Positions 19,195-29,156 of a stretch of DNA of 64,000 nucleotides are shown here, piece after piece. Source of the stretch: an uncultured Candidatus Saccharibacteria bacterium (GTDB lineage: Bacteria; Patescibacteriota; JAQUNI01); assembly GCA_964555185.1 (NCBI GenBank), contig CAZKRD010000001.1, positions 124,265 through 188,264 of the forward strand, written 5' to 3'. The number at the start of each line of letters is the position of its first letter. Position 1 is the first letter of the stretch. Below the pieces are notes generated by a model. That model was not told where the DNA came from. It did no database searches and saw only the letters and a list, made by a program, of their open reading frames with translations. Made by a program: the position numbers and the translations under genes.

Positions 19195-19788
19195 ATGTTT
19201 TACAGCAATAAAAAAACAATCGTGATTTCCCTGATCCTTTGTTTGGGTCTAATCGTGATGACGGGCTTGGGCTGTAAGAGAAGCGGAGAAAAGGAAGATC
19301 TAGAGATCCTCGAACCTGAACTTGAAACTCCCTCTCTTGAAGCTCCGGTCCCGGGAACGCCTTCCCTGCCTACATCCGAGGTTCCAGGTTCAGAGAAAAC
19401 AAGCATCACCGAAAGAAAACTAAAGTCTTTGGCCGAGGATTTTGCCGCGGTTTGGGGCACTTATTCTTCGGAAAGCAATTGTCAGAATATTAGGGAGCTT
19501 CTGGATTATATGACCGCGGATTTTCGCGAGAATATGGAGGACTATCTTGAATATGAATGCACGGGAGAGATAGGAGGCGCTGACTTCACATGGGAGACAG
19601 AAGTTTTAGATAGTGTAATTTTAAATAACGACGTTACAGAGGCTGATATCCTGGTGGTGACCAGGCGCTGGAGAGATGGTGACTATGTGATAAGTTCTTA
19701 TTCTAATCTAATTCTGGATTTGAGAGTGGAAACAAACGCTCAAGGCGAGGATGAATGGAAGATTGATTATGCCTATTGGGCAGAGTGA
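19195..19788 (+). CDS. Membrane-anchored/lipoprotein component of the T4SS-like cluster (possibly NTF2-like)
   Basis: Hydrophobic N-terminus ending GLGC; FAAVWGTYSSESN motif. Confidence 0.65.
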   Translation: MFYSNKKTIVISLILCLGLIVMTGLGCKRSGEKEDLEILEPELETPSLEAPVPGTPSLPTSEVPGSEKTSITERKLKSLAEDFAAVWGTYSSESNCQNIRELLDYMTADFRENMEDYLEYECTGEIGGADFTWETEVLDSVILNNDVTEADILVVTRRWRDGDYVISSYSNLILDLRVETNAQGEDEWKIDYAYWAE

Positions 19789-19828
19789 CTGATAATTTAA
19801 AGTTCAAAGTTCAAAGTGACACTTCAAG

Positions 19829-19905
19829 TGTCATCCTGAAGGCGCTTTAGCGCCGAAGGATCCCGTGAATATTCCTTGGGGCTCTTCATTATTCGTTTCA
19901 GGACA
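19829..19905. repeat. Degenerate TGTCATCCTGA...GAAGGATC palindromic element
   Basis: tgtcatcctgaaggcgctttagcgccgaaggatccc...ttcaggaca, preceded by AAAGTTC heptamers. Confidence 0.55.
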
Positions 19906-19931
19906 GAAGATTGAATTTTGACTTTCGAAAT

Positions 19932-20825
19932 ATGGCCGCAAAACAAAGCAAAAAAGTAAAACCAGGAGATGAGGCTTCTTTCGATGTTAGACCTGGCCGT
20001 AAGAGTAAAAAGCCCGAGGAAGAGCTAGAGGCAATAGAGGGGGCGATAGAACTGACTCCATATGAAACCAAAACGGCAACTTTCAAGAAAGATAATATTA
20101 GAAGAAAAGGCAAAGCAAGACAGGAACAGGATTTTCAAGAACAATGGGAACAGCTGAAAGCGCAAAGGAGGATGATCCGGCCCCGAAGAACAGTCTCCAG
20201 AGGAGCAACAGAGTATGCTCGCCGTAAAAGAGAAAGAGAAGAAAGGACCAGGTTGAGAGAGAGAGGATACAAACCTTCTTTGGGACGGGAGATAGGGAAG
20301 GCGGGAGGAGAGAGACTTGGACAAACCGTTCCAGATGAAGAGGAAGAAAGGGAGGCGCCGCAAGAGCAAGAGGCGCAGAGAGAGCCGCAAAGAGAGGAAG
20401 AAAGGGAGACAAGAGAGGATCGTTTCCAAAAAGAGCTGCGTAAAAGAATGGGAGAGAGAGCAAAGGAGAAGGTCAAACAGAAGGTCAAACAGAAAGTGAA
20501 AGGACGGGCTAAACAGGAAGTAAAGAAAGTAGCGAAGAAAGCGGCCAAAGAAACAGCAAAGAAAGCAGCAAAAGCAGCAAGTAAGGCGCTTAAAAAGGCT
20601 GCCGCAGCAGCAATCAAAAAATTGGTTTCTCAAGTGATTGCTGGGATAGTTGCCCTTATTGGTGCGATCGGCTGGGTTGGCGTTCTCATTATTTTGGCTA
20701 TCTTAGTGATTATTATGGTTTTGGCCTATATCTATAGTTTTTGTAATGATAGCGCTCTAAATCATATTTTATGCAAGGTTTTGGGGTTTGGCGATGAACT
20801 CGATCAAATTATTCCCGCTAAATAA
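19932..20825 (+). CDS. Charged coiled-coil protein with C-terminal membrane anchor
   Basis: E/R/K-rich, AKKAAK repeats, then a long hydrophobic segment. Confidence 0.75.
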   Translation: MAAKQSKKVKPGDEASFDVRPGRKSKKPEEELEAIEGAIELTPYETKTATFKKDNIRRKGKARQEQDFQEQWEQLKAQRRMIRPRRTVSRGATEYARRKREREERTRLRERGYKPSLGREIGKAGGERLGQTVPDEEEEREAPQEQEAQREPQREEERETREDRFQKELRKRMGERAKEKVKQKVKQKVKGRAKQEVKKVAKKAAKETAKKAAKAASKALKKAAAAAIKKLVSQVIAGIVALIGAIGWVGVLIILAILVIIMVLAYIYSFCNDSALNHILCKVLGFGDELDQIIPAK

Positions 20826-20837
20826 AGGAAGAGTATT

Positions 20838-22076
20838 ATGAAAAAAACTTTTTTTTTGATAGTTTGTTTAGCGCTTTTATTAGCCCCTGGAATTATTAGA
20901 GCAAGTGAGAATGATTGCCAGGGGACCTGGGTTAAGGTGCCAATCCCAATTGTTTTTGACCCAGAGATTAGAAGTCCAGGTGGTGGCGATGAAAAATTGA
21001 GCGTAATTACGCAAAATGGCCGCTGTATCCCCAACCCGGCGATTTTGATGTTTATGCTTTTTTACCTTGCTTTGGTTTTCATGGCTTTGGTCGCGATTTT
21101 TATGATCACGCTCGGCGGGTATAATTATCTTACTGCCTTTGGCAATGCCGAACGCGCCAAAGGGGGCAAGTCAATGATACTCGCCGCGATCGGCGGCTTG
21201 GTCGTAGGGCTTTTATCTTATGTGCTTTTGAATTTTATCAATCCGGATTTAACCAGTTTTGATTGGAGCACTAATAAGCTTAGTCAGGAAATAGGGAAAT
21301 CAATGGAAAAGATCGCGGAAGAAGAGAAGAAAGAGGAAAATTTATGCCCTAATAAAGCAGGGCCTTGTTATAAGAAGCCGATAGACGAAACTTGTGAAGT
21401 CAGTGGTGAAATTGGTTATTGTCGGATGAATGTTAATGTCAAAATGTGTACATGTGATGCTGATGAATGCGCTGATAACTGCGCTGGTGGTGATCTTAAG
21501 TGCGTAGGCAAGAAGTGTAAGGATGAGGATGAGGATGCTCAGATTTCTGATGGTCAGTGCCTGCTTAGTTCTGGATCTGCAATCTGCATGGACATTGAAG
21601 GTGCCTGTGGGAATGATTGCGGCGAAACCGGTAGCGCGTACTGGCAAGGTGATCTTAATTGTTGGGGAGGTTATGACTGCGATGTTGACGGGGTTTCCGG
21701 TCTTTGTTTAGGAGGCGATAGTTACAGCGGAGCAGGGAAGGAGTTATGTTTGTCTTGGGAAGATGTATGTGAGCAGGGTGAGTGTGGTGATAGTTATTCA
21801 GGCGAGACCGCCCAGAAAGTGGAAGATGAGTGTCATACGAATTATACATGTGATAATGAAAATGGAGCTTGTTTTAATGGCAGCTGTTGGCCGGGCTCTC
21901 CGTATGGGCTTGAGCCTTGCAGTAATGCTTGTGATGCTTGCCTCTATGACAGGGCAGGGAGTGGCCAGAAATTCGGGATATGTAAAGAGATTTATTCTGA
22001 TACCTTCCAATGCACATCTTACGAAGACGCTTTTCCATGTAGTGGTCTTCCTGATATTTCAGATCCAATAGATTAG
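20838..22076 (+). CDS. TrbC/VirB2-like pilin with Cys-rich C-terminal extension
   Basis: MITLGGYNYLTAFGN...K..I..AIGGLVVGLLSYVLLNFINP pilin motif followed by many Cys residues. Confidence 0.75.
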   Translation: MKKTFFLIVCLALLLAPGIIRASENDCQGTWVKVPIPIVFDPEIRSPGGGDEKLSVITQNGRCIPNPAILMFMLFYLALVFMALVAIFMITLGGYNYLTAFGNAERAKGGKSMILAAIGGLVVGLLSYVLLNFINPDLTSFDWSTNKLSQEIGKSMEKIAEEEKKEENLCPNKAGPCYKKPIDETCEVSGEIGYCRMNVNVKMCTCDADECADNCAGGDLKCVGKKCKDEDEDAQISDGQCLLSSGSAICMDIEGACGNDCGETGSAYWQGDLNCWGGYDCDVDGVSGLCLGGDSYSGAGKELCLSWEDVCEQGECGDSYSGETAQKVEDECHTNYTCDNENGACFNGSCWPGSPYGLEPCSNACDACLYDRAGSGQKFGICKEIYSDTFQCTSYEDAFPCSGLPDISDPID

Positions 22077-22114
22077 TTCTTATTTTGTACTTCAACTTTT
22101 AACTTGTATTTTTG

Positions 22115-22179
22115 CCTGCCCGCCGAAGCCTTGGCGTAGACGGGCCTGCCCACAACGCTTCACTTGCGAGGCGGGTGGG
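22115..22179. repeat. Two adjacent CCTGCC-type mini hairpin inserts within a heptamer array
   Basis: cctgcccgccgaagccttggcgtagacggg followed by cctgcccacaacgcttcacttgcgaggcgggtggg. Confidence 0.7.
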
Positions 22180-22224
22180 AGATTTAACTTTTAACTTTGC
22201 ACTTTTAACTTTTAACTTTTCTCC

Positions 22225-23349
22225 GTGTCCCGCAAAATTTTTTTTATCATTGTTATTATTTTGATTCTAATCATTGCAGGCGCTCTGCTCTATCTTTTTA
22301 TTTTCTCTGAAAAAACGCCAGAACCGCCCCCGAGCTCTCCTCCTTCCCTCCCTATTTCTGACACAACGCCCAGTACGACCAATGTGCCGGTTGCCGTGCC
22401 GGAGGTAGCAAAAGTTACGCAAGTGATTGAAAATCGGGTTTTAAGCTTTGCCTTAAAGGGTAATGAAATGATCTATTATGATCAGGATCTAGGCGCTTTT
22501 TTTAAGATGGGTCAAAGAGGATTAACCCCTGAAAGCTACAGCGCCTCTCGCTTTAGCAATGTAGAGGAAGTGATTTGGTCGCCGGATAAAAGCGAGGCGA
22601 TTATGGTTTTTACAGACGGTGATTATTATCATTTTGATATTGCATCCAATCAGTCAGAGAAGTTAATGCCGAATATTGATCAGCTTTCTTGGCTCCCTGA
22701 TGGAAAAAAGATTGTTTTCGAGTGGCGTGAGAGAGAGAATGAGCCGCGGTTGATTATTAGCGAACCCAACGGTGATGACTGGGAAAAGATTAAGGATTTG
22801 GGTTATGCCAAGATCCTTTTAACAGCCTCTCCAGAGTTTGGCGGCCCGGTTGTTTATCTGCAGAATTATTCTTACGGCGCGGGCCGCAATATCTATCCGG
22901 TTTATGAGGATGGTTCAGCCGGAGAGGTCAATCAGATTGAAGGTTACGGCGAGAAAGCAAAATGGAGTCGAGACGGCCGCCGGATTCTTTTTGAGGCTGT
23001 AGATTCAGAGGATTTTGAACAGTATCTCTGGGTGGTTGATGTTACGGGCACAAATCAGTATAATTTAGGGGTCAAGGGTTTTATTGAGAAATGCGTTTGG
23101 AATAAGACCAATAAGAAACTCTTCTGTGCCGTGCCTTCTGAAGCGTTAGAATTCGGGACTTTGGTTACGGATGAAAGCATTGATAATTTTTGGGAGATTA
23201 ATACCAAAACCGGAGAAAAGAGCAAGCTCTATGACGAATCAGAATCAGACACCAAATTTGACGCTGATAACCTTTGGCTCAATGGCAATGAAGACAGGCT
23301 CTATTTTACGGATGAGAATGGAGGGGTTTATGTATTAAGGTTAGATTGA
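22225..23349 (+). CDS. Membrane-anchored beta-propeller (TolB-like) protein
   Basis: N-terminal TM; WSPD, WLPDG and WSRDG repeats. Confidence 0.75.
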   Translation: MSRKIFFIIVIILILIIAGALLYLFIFSEKTPEPPPSSPPSLPISDTTPSTTNVPVAVPEVAKVTQVIENRVLSFALKGNEMIYYDQDLGAFFKMGQRGLTPESYSASRFSNVEEVIWSPDKSEAIMVFTDGDYYHFDIASNQSEKLMPNIDQLSWLPDGKKIVFEWRERENEPRLIISEPNGDDWEKIKDLGYAKILLTASPEFGGPVVYLQNYSYGAGRNIYPVYEDGSAGEVNQIEGYGEKAKWSRDGRRILFEAVDSEDFEQYLWVVDVTGTNQYNLGVKGFIEKCVWNKTNKKLFCAVPSEALEFGTLVTDESIDNFWEINTKTGEKSKLYDESESDTKFDADNLWLNGNEDRLYFTDENGGVYVLRLD

Positions 23350-23429
23350 GAAATTGGGGGTAGATAATTTCCAATTTCCAATTATTTAGGTCGCGTTAAG
23401 AGGTCGAACAAGATTCATTTAATACAGCC

Positions 23430-24272
23430 ATGGAAAAACTCGGTCGTTTTGAAAAAATAATTATTCTAATCCTTATCCTGATCGCGATTTCAGGTGTTTT
23501 GATTTTTTTTCGGAAAACAAGAGATCGTGAGCTTGCTTTTTTGAAAATAGAGGCACAAAGCAAAGACGCTTCCTTTAGAGAAGAGAGTAATCCTGTTGGT
23601 GGTAATGTAGAAGAAGGAATCTTTGCTTATGACGAGATGGGGCTTAAGAGCCAATCAAGAGAAGGTGATTATCTTGCAAAGGAAAAGGACTCCTCTCTGG
23701 AAGAAGAGTTTGGAACAGAAAATCCACAATCAATGGTCGCGAGCACTCATTCCTTGAGTTTGGCAACAGAGGATGATCCTGCTTGGGGCCCGGAGAACGC
23801 CCAAGTCGTGATTGTCGAGTTTTCTGATTTTTTGTGTCCGTATTGCGCTGAATTTTCTTTAAAGATTTTGCCTCAAATAAGATCTCAATACGGCAGTAGA
23901 GTAAGATTTGTTTTTAAAGATTTGCCGGTTGAGTCCCTGCATCCTGGCTCGGGCAAGGTGCACGAAGCAGGGGAATGCGCGCATGAGCAGGGCCGCTTCT
24001 GGCAGATGCACGATTTGATTTTTGCTAATAATGCCGCTTTATCTGAAAGCAAACTCGCGGCTTTGGCCGAGGCGGCTGGCTTGGATACAGATGCCTTTAA
24101 TCTTTGTTTAGAAAGTGGTCAGAAGATGGTGGAAGTTGCAGGCGACCTAGAGAGCGGTTTCAGCGCGGGCATCCAAGTAACACCGACTTTGTTTATTAAT
24201 GACCGCAAAATTGAGGGAGCGGTTTCGTTTGTAGAGATCAGCAGAGTTATTGAGGAGGAATTGGCTTACTAG
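23430..24272 (+). CDS. dsbA: DsbA family thiol-disulfide oxidoreductase
   Basis: EFSDFLCPYC active site, TPT cis-Pro loop, N-terminal TM. Confidence 0.88.
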   Translation: MEKLGRFEKIIILILILIAISGVLIFFRKTRDRELAFLKIEAQSKDASFREESNPVGGNVEEGIFAYDEMGLKSQSREGDYLAKEKDSSLEEEFGTENPQSMVASTHSLSLATEDDPAWGPENAQVVIVEFSDFLCPYCAEFSLKILPQIRSQYGSRVRFVFKDLPVESLHPGSGKVHEAGECAHEQGRFWQMHDLIFANNAALSESKLAALAEAAGLDTDAFNLCLESGQKMVEVAGDLESGFSAGIQVTPTLFINDRKIEGAVSFVEISRVIEEELAY

Positions 24273-24298
24273 TGTAATTGATAATTTTTTTACGATCA

Positions 24299-25639
24299 AT
24301 GTCAAAATTAAAAACTGTTTATATCTGCAGCAAGTGCGGCTCTGACTTTCCTGCCTGGCAGGGCAAGTGCGGTATGTGCGGAGAGTGGAATAGTTTGGTT
24401 GCCGAGGTAACAGCGGGCAAGAAGGAGACTAAATCCGCGGTAGCAGCAGGGGAGATTGAAAGCTTGAGCGATATCCAGGGCACGGATTTTTCCCGGATCT
24501 CAACCGGAATTTCAGAGTTTAATCGCGTTCTAGGCGGAGGGATCGTTTCAGGATCCCTTGTTTTATTAGGCGGCGAACCCGGGATCGGCAAGTCCACTTT
24601 AGTTTTGCAGACAGCGGATAATTTGAGTCGGGGAAAGATAAGGGTCTTGTATGTTTCCGGCGAAGAATCAGCTTCTCAAATCAAACTGCGCGCCGAGCGG
24701 CTTAATTTGAGTTTGCAAAATTTGGATTTTTTGAGTGAACGGAATATTGACGTGGTCGTCGCGACGATCGAGAAGTTAAAGCCAAAGCTTGTGATTATTG
24801 ATTCGATTCAGACCGTTTTTTCAGATGAGTTTCCTTCCGAAGCCGGGAGCGTGACCCAGGTCCGTTTATGCACCCAAAAACTTCAGGAGACAGCCAAGAG
24901 CATGGATATTTCTATTTTTTTGATCGGTCATGTGACTAAAGAAGGGAATGTGGCCGGCCCGAAAACTTTAGAACACCTGGTTGATACCGTGCTCTATTTA
25001 GAAGGAGAACGTTATCACACTTTCCGTCTTTTGCGCGGAATCAAGAACCGTTTTGGCGCGACCGACGAAACCGGTGTTTTAGAGATGACTCAAAAAGGAC
25101 TTTTAGAAGTCAAGAATCCCTCCGAGCTTTTCTTGGAAGAGCGCAAATTAAATCTCCCGGGTTCCTGCGTCACCGCGACAATCGAAGGGATGCGCGCTTT
25201 TTTGGTGGAAGTGCAGGCCTTGTGTTCAACCACGGTTTTTGGCTATCCCAAAAGGACTGCTTCGGGTTTGAGCTTGAACCGGCTGCAGTTGATCGTCGCG
25301 GTTTTAAAAAAGAGAGCGCGCCTGCGTCTTGCTAATCAAGATATTTATGTCAGCGTAGCGGGCGGCTTTCGGGTGGCAGAACCAGCAATTGATTTAGTTT
25401 TGGCCCTGGCTATTTTTTCGGCATTTTCTGATAAACCCCTAGACCCTAGCTTAGTTGCTTTGGGCGAGATTGGTCTCTCTGGTGAATTGCGCCGGGTTAG
25501 TCAAATTGAGAAGAGAGTGAGAGAGGCAAAGAATTTAGGGTTTAAAAAAATAATCCTGCCCGAAGGAAGCAAGATTAAAGAAACAGGTTTAGAAATAATC
25601 AGAGCGAGCACAATCAAAGAGGCGATTGCAAAAGTTTAA
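24299..25639 (+). CDS. radA: DNA repair protein RadA/Sms
   Basis: C4 zinc finger, GEPGIGKST, KNRFG, Lon-like C-terminus. Confidence 0.97.
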   Translation: MSKLKTVYICSKCGSDFPAWQGKCGMCGEWNSLVAEVTAGKKETKSAVAAGEIESLSDIQGTDFSRISTGISEFNRVLGGGIVSGSLVLLGGEPGIGKSTLVLQTADNLSRGKIRVLYVSGEESASQIKLRAERLNLSLQNLDFLSERNIDVVVATIEKLKPKLVIIDSIQTVFSDEFPSEAGSVTQVRLCTQKLQETAKSMDISIFLIGHVTKEGNVAGPKTLEHLVDTVLYLEGERYHTFRLLRGIKNRFGATDETGVLEMTQKGLLEVKNPSELFLEERKLNLPGSCVTATIEGMRAFLVEVQALCSTTVFGYPKRTASGLSLNRLQLIVAVLKKRARLRLANQDIYVSVAGGFRVAEPAIDLVLALAIFSAFSDKPLDPSLVALGEIGLSGELRRVSQIEKRVREAKNLGFKKIILPEGSKIKETGLEIIRASTIKEAIAKV

Positions 25640-25640
25640 C

Positions 25641-25764
25641 TGTCATTGCGAGGGAGCCCGCCCTTCAGGGCGAGGCGACCGAAGCAATCTCGTGAAACTA
25701 GATATTACTGCTTGACTTGACGAGATTGCTTCGTCATTCGCTTCACTCATTCCTCGCAATGACA
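25641..25764. repeat. REPIN-like paired palindromic element (TGTCATTGCGAG family)
   Basis: TGTCATTGCGAG..GAAGCAATCTCG / CGAGATTGCTTCG..CTCGCAATGACA, directly after the radA stop. Confidence 0.9.
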
Positions 25765-25846
25765 TTTTATTTTTTTAGAATAAAAAATGCCATACTCTTA
25801 GTGTATCTTCTGTTATCGAGTATGGCATATGGCAGGGAGCTGGGAG

Positions 25847-26056
25847 TTACTTCTCAAATTCCATCGAGTTTAGCCGGACACAGTAACTCTCTGCCTCACT
25901 ATGGCCAACTCTTGCAATAGAAGGACAAGACCCGTAGCTTCTGTCGATGTCTGTCTCCCTAAGATCGTTCCAGGTGATATCACCCCCGTTTCCGTCGGTG
26001 ATTTTCGATTTTTTCGTCACTCCCTCTAGGGGAATCACTTGCCACGTATTAACCAT
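25847..26056 (-). CDS. Small hypothetical protein
   Basis: 69 aa, GAGGAG RBS upstream. Confidence 0.5.
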   Translation of the reverse strand: MVNTWQVIPLEGVTKKSKITDGNGGDITWNDLRETDIDRSYGSCPSIARVGHSEAESYCVRLNSMEFEK

Positions 26057-26120
26057 TTTACATTCTCCTCAATATTTAATAAATCTTTAAAATCCAGTGA
26101 TTTAGAGAACATTAAATGGC

Positions 26121-26495
26121 TTAGGGAGGTTTTTGTTGACGTCTAGCGTCTTGGCAAGGGTCACAGAAGAAAGAGTGAAAATCCACAATTCTTCTTAAGG
26201 GTAATCCATTTTGACACATCAAACATCTACCGGCCTCAAAAGTTTCTTGACAGTCTGCACACAAAAGAGGATTGTGTTCTAGTCTGTTGGTAGATATCTC
26301 TCTATTACAGTGAGCACACATTTCAGAACTTTGCTTCATATTAGCCAACCAACTCATAACATATTGATCATGATGAATATTGGCCATGGAAACGGTGACT
26401 TCTATAGAAACAGGGATGTTACCGTGTATCTCTCCTTCAAGTTGTATATGCCTTGCGGCTTGTCTGCCTCCACTTATATGTATTCCTCGCCCCAT
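26121..26495 (-). CDS. Hypothetical protein with four CxxC motifs (probable Zn-binding)
   Basis: CAHC, CADC, CLMC, CDPC; AAGGAAG RBS. Confidence 0.6.
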   Translation of the reverse strand: MGRGIHISGGRQAARHIQLEGEIHGNIPVSIEVTVSMANIHHDQYVMSWLANMKQSSEMCAHCNREISTNRLEHNPLLCADCQETFEAGRCLMCQNGLPLRRIVDFHSFFCDPCQDARRQQKPP

Positions 26496-26708
26496 TTTTT
26501 ATACTTCCTTTTCTAGAGTTTGCTTTGTTTTATTGCCCCAGATTATCTAGAAAGGAAGTGTACTACGGGGGGTGTTTAGTACGACAGCATCTATATTTTT
26601 TTAGCATTTTAGATACCTCCTTTATCTGATGCTGAATTGAAAAGAACCTCTTCTGAAATCTTTACTACCCCCTTAATTACTCACCACTAATATTTTTCTG
26701 TTACTTAT

Positions 26709-26738
26709 ATTATAATGGATTATCGTATTTTAAGTCAA
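26709..26738 (-). promoter_or_regulatory. Putative sigma70 promoter for the small orphan ORFs
   Basis: TTGACT-18 nt-TATAAT on the minus strand. Confidence 0.45.
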
Positions 26739-26903
26739 GGTCTTGACATTTATAATGTATATGATATGTTATGTTTGCATGAGGAGATGATTGTCCTATG
26801 TTTCTGTTCGGCGCGCGCTCACTTGGCTGTCCCAGAAAGTAGCCCCAGACTGCTTTGTTGCCAAGAGTATTTTTTAGGACTTTCTTCCTCCTCATGCACT
26901 TTT

Positions 26904-28907
26904 TTACTCCAAACTGATTTTGTTAAGTTTGGTCTGAATTTTCCGCTTAAGTAAGGGATATTGAGAAAGATTTTTAACTATAGCTTCCGCTTCTGTGCGG
27001 GCTTTTTTGATTAAGGCATAGTCTAAAAGCGAGCCGATTTTAAGGTCTAAATATCCTGATTGCTTAGTGCCATAAATTTCTCCTGGACCGCGTGATTTGA
27101 GATCATATTCAGCCAATTCAAACCCATTCTCTGAAGAAACAAGGGCGCGCAATCTTCGTAATGTATTAGAACTTTTAGAATCAGTAAAAAGGAAACAATA
27201 AGACTGCTTTTTTTCTCTTCCCACCCGGCCCCGGAACTGATGGAGGGAAGCGAGGCCAAAACGTTCCGTTCCCTCAATCATCATTATTGTCGCGTTCGGG
27301 ATGTCAATTCCGACTTCCACGACTGCGGTTGAAACCAGGATTTGAATCTTATTTTTTTTGAAAGCGGCCATTACTCTGTCTTTTTCATTTGTTTTCAGTC
27401 GGCCGTGGAGAAGGCCGATTTCGTATTGTGGGAATACTTTTGTTTTTAGTTTTTCGTATTCTTTGGTCGCGGCGGCAACTCCAAGCTTGTCAGATTCTTC
27501 AATTAAAGGGCAGATCACAAAGACCTGTTCTTTTTTTTCGATTCTTTGTTGGATGAATTCGTAGGCCTTTGCTCTTTTTTGGGGCGGGACAACCCGGGTA
27601 ATGATTTTTTTTCGGCCTGGCGGCATTTGGCGGATCAGAGAGATATCAAGGTCGCCATAAAGAGTCAAAGCCAGAGAGCGGGGGATTGGCGTGGCGGTCA
27701 TTGAAAGGAAGTGCGGTGAGAGCTTGCCGCTTTTAGATTTTAGCTGGGTCCTCTGTCTGACCCCGAAACGGTGCTGTTCATCGACGACCACCAGACCAAG
27801 CTTAGGAAATTTAATTTTGTCTTGAATTAAGGCGTGGGTGCCGATCAAAATTTGGCCTTGAGGATTAATTTGTTTGGAGCGGGTTATAAGGCCTGCTTTT
27901 GTTTTAAAGCCCTTTAATAATTCAGATATTTTTTTGAAATGCTGTTGGGCTAAAATTTCGGTAGGCGCCATTAAAACCGCCTGATAGCCCGCATCTGCTG
28001 TTTCCAACATAGCCAGAGTTGCTACCACGGTTTTACCTGATCCGACATCGCCTTCTAAAAGCCGATTTGCCGGCTTGTCTTTTGCCAGATCTTTTAATAT
28101 TTCCCAGGCAGTAACTCGCTGATCGCCAGTGAGTTTAAAGGGAAGGCTTTTTGTAAACCTTTGCGCCAATTTAACATTGAGAGGAATTAGAGGCGCTTTT
28201 TCGCTTTGGATTTTTCTTTTGATTTGCAGAGCGGCAAGCTGCAATAGAAAAAATTCATCGAAAGCAAGCCGCTTCCGCGCTTTTTTCATTCTGTTAAGAC
28301 TTGTAGGGAAGTGGATTTCTTCCAAGGCTTGGTTTAAAGGGAGAAGATGATGTTTTTGTCTGATTGCAATTGGGAGATAATCATTTATTTTTTTGCTTGC
28401 GGGGAGCGCGGAGGAAACAAGGTAGCGCAACCATTTAGGCGTTAGGCCAGCAGTTGTGTTATAGACAGGGATAATCCTGGCTGTATGCGTGGTTTGCGGT
28501 TTATAGATTTCGTATTCAGGACTGCGCATAAGGTGATAAGGTGAACCAGAATCAACCCGGCCGCTTAGGTAGATATTCTGTCCTTTTTTCAAAGTATTTC
28601 TTAGATAGGGCTGGTTAAACCAGACACTTTCTAAGGTGCCTGTCTTATCCGAGACTTCTGCTCGGGTTAATATCATTCTTCTGCGCGGAGTGCGGATTGT
28701 TTTGATTCTTTTGATTTCCCCTAAGATTGTAAGAGTTTGACCGGGTTCTATTTTGTCAATTGGAACGATTTTGCTGAAGTCATTGTAGCGAAAAGGGAAA
28801 TAAAAAATCAGGTCACGGATCGTCTTGAGACCTAATTTTTTTAACGCTTTTTGTTTGGTCGGCCCTACGCCATAGAGCTTGCTAAGAGGAGTTTTAAGGG
28901 AGAGCAT
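26904..28907 (-). CDS. recG: ATP-dependent DNA helicase RecG
   Basis: GDVGSGKT, DEQH, MTATPIPRSL, HQFRGRVGR, wedge domain. Confidence 0.97.
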   Translation of the reverse strand: MLSLKTPLSKLYGVGPTKQKALKKLGLKTIRDLIFYFPFRYNDFSKIVPIDKIEPGQTLTILGEIKRIKTIRTPRRRMILTRAEVSDKTGTLESVWFNQPYLRNTLKKGQNIYLSGRVDSGSPYHLMRSPEYEIYKPQTTHTARIIPVYNTTAGLTPKWLRYLVSSALPASKKINDYLPIAIRQKHHLLPLNQALEEIHFPTSLNRMKKARKRLAFDEFFLLQLAALQIKRKIQSEKAPLIPLNVKLAQRFTKSLPFKLTGDQRVTAWEILKDLAKDKPANRLLEGDVGSGKTVVATLAMLETADAGYQAVLMAPTEILAQQHFKKISELLKGFKTKAGLITRSKQINPQGQILIGTHALIQDKIKFPKLGLVVVDEQHRFGVRQRTQLKSKSGKLSPHFLSMTATPIPRSLALTLYGDLDISLIRQMPPGRKKIITRVVPPQKRAKAYEFIQQRIEKKEQVFVICPLIEESDKLGVAAATKEYEKLKTKVFPQYEIGLLHGRLKTNEKDRVMAAFKKNKIQILVSTAVVEVGIDIPNATIMMIEGTERFGLASLHQFRGRVGREKKQSYCFLFTDSKSSNTLRRLRALVSSENGFELAEYDLKSRGPGEIYGTKQSGYLDLKIGSLLDYALIKKARTEAEAIVKNLSQYPLLKRKIQTKLNKISLE

Positions 28908-28911
28908 ATCA

Positions 28912-29009
28912 GTTTAAAGTTCAAAGTTTAAAGTTCAAGATTGAATTTAAAGTTAAAAGTTGCAGATTTTGAGTTATAACTTTGAATTTTGAACTTTGAA
29001 TTTTTAACT
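28912..29009. repeat. Inverted heptamer arrays with no gene between them
   Basis: aaagttc aaagttt aaagttc ... tttgaat tttgaac tttgaat ttttaac. Confidence 0.7.
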
Positions 29010-29017
29010 GTCTAAAG

Positions 29018-29091
29018 CGCCCTTGGCAGGATTTGAACCTGCGACCTTGAGCTCCGCAAGCTCACGCTCTATCCAACTGAGCTACAAGGGC
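29018..29091 (-). tRNA. tRNA-Arg(GCG)
   Basis: GCCCTTG acceptor stem, TGAGC-TT GCG GA-GCTCA anticodon arm, GGTTCAAATCC T-arm; CCA not encoded. Confidence 0.93.
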
Positions 29092-29156
29092 AGATGTTTA
29101 ATGCAAATTCCAATTATATCAATGAATGACCAATAATCAATTCATTATTAGTAATT

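Noticed and set aside
20025-20633. Long antisense ORFs (also 39647..40231, 45950..46474, 55496..56041 and similar)
   Set aside because: They are shadows of well-supported genes on the opposite strand with no motifs of their own.
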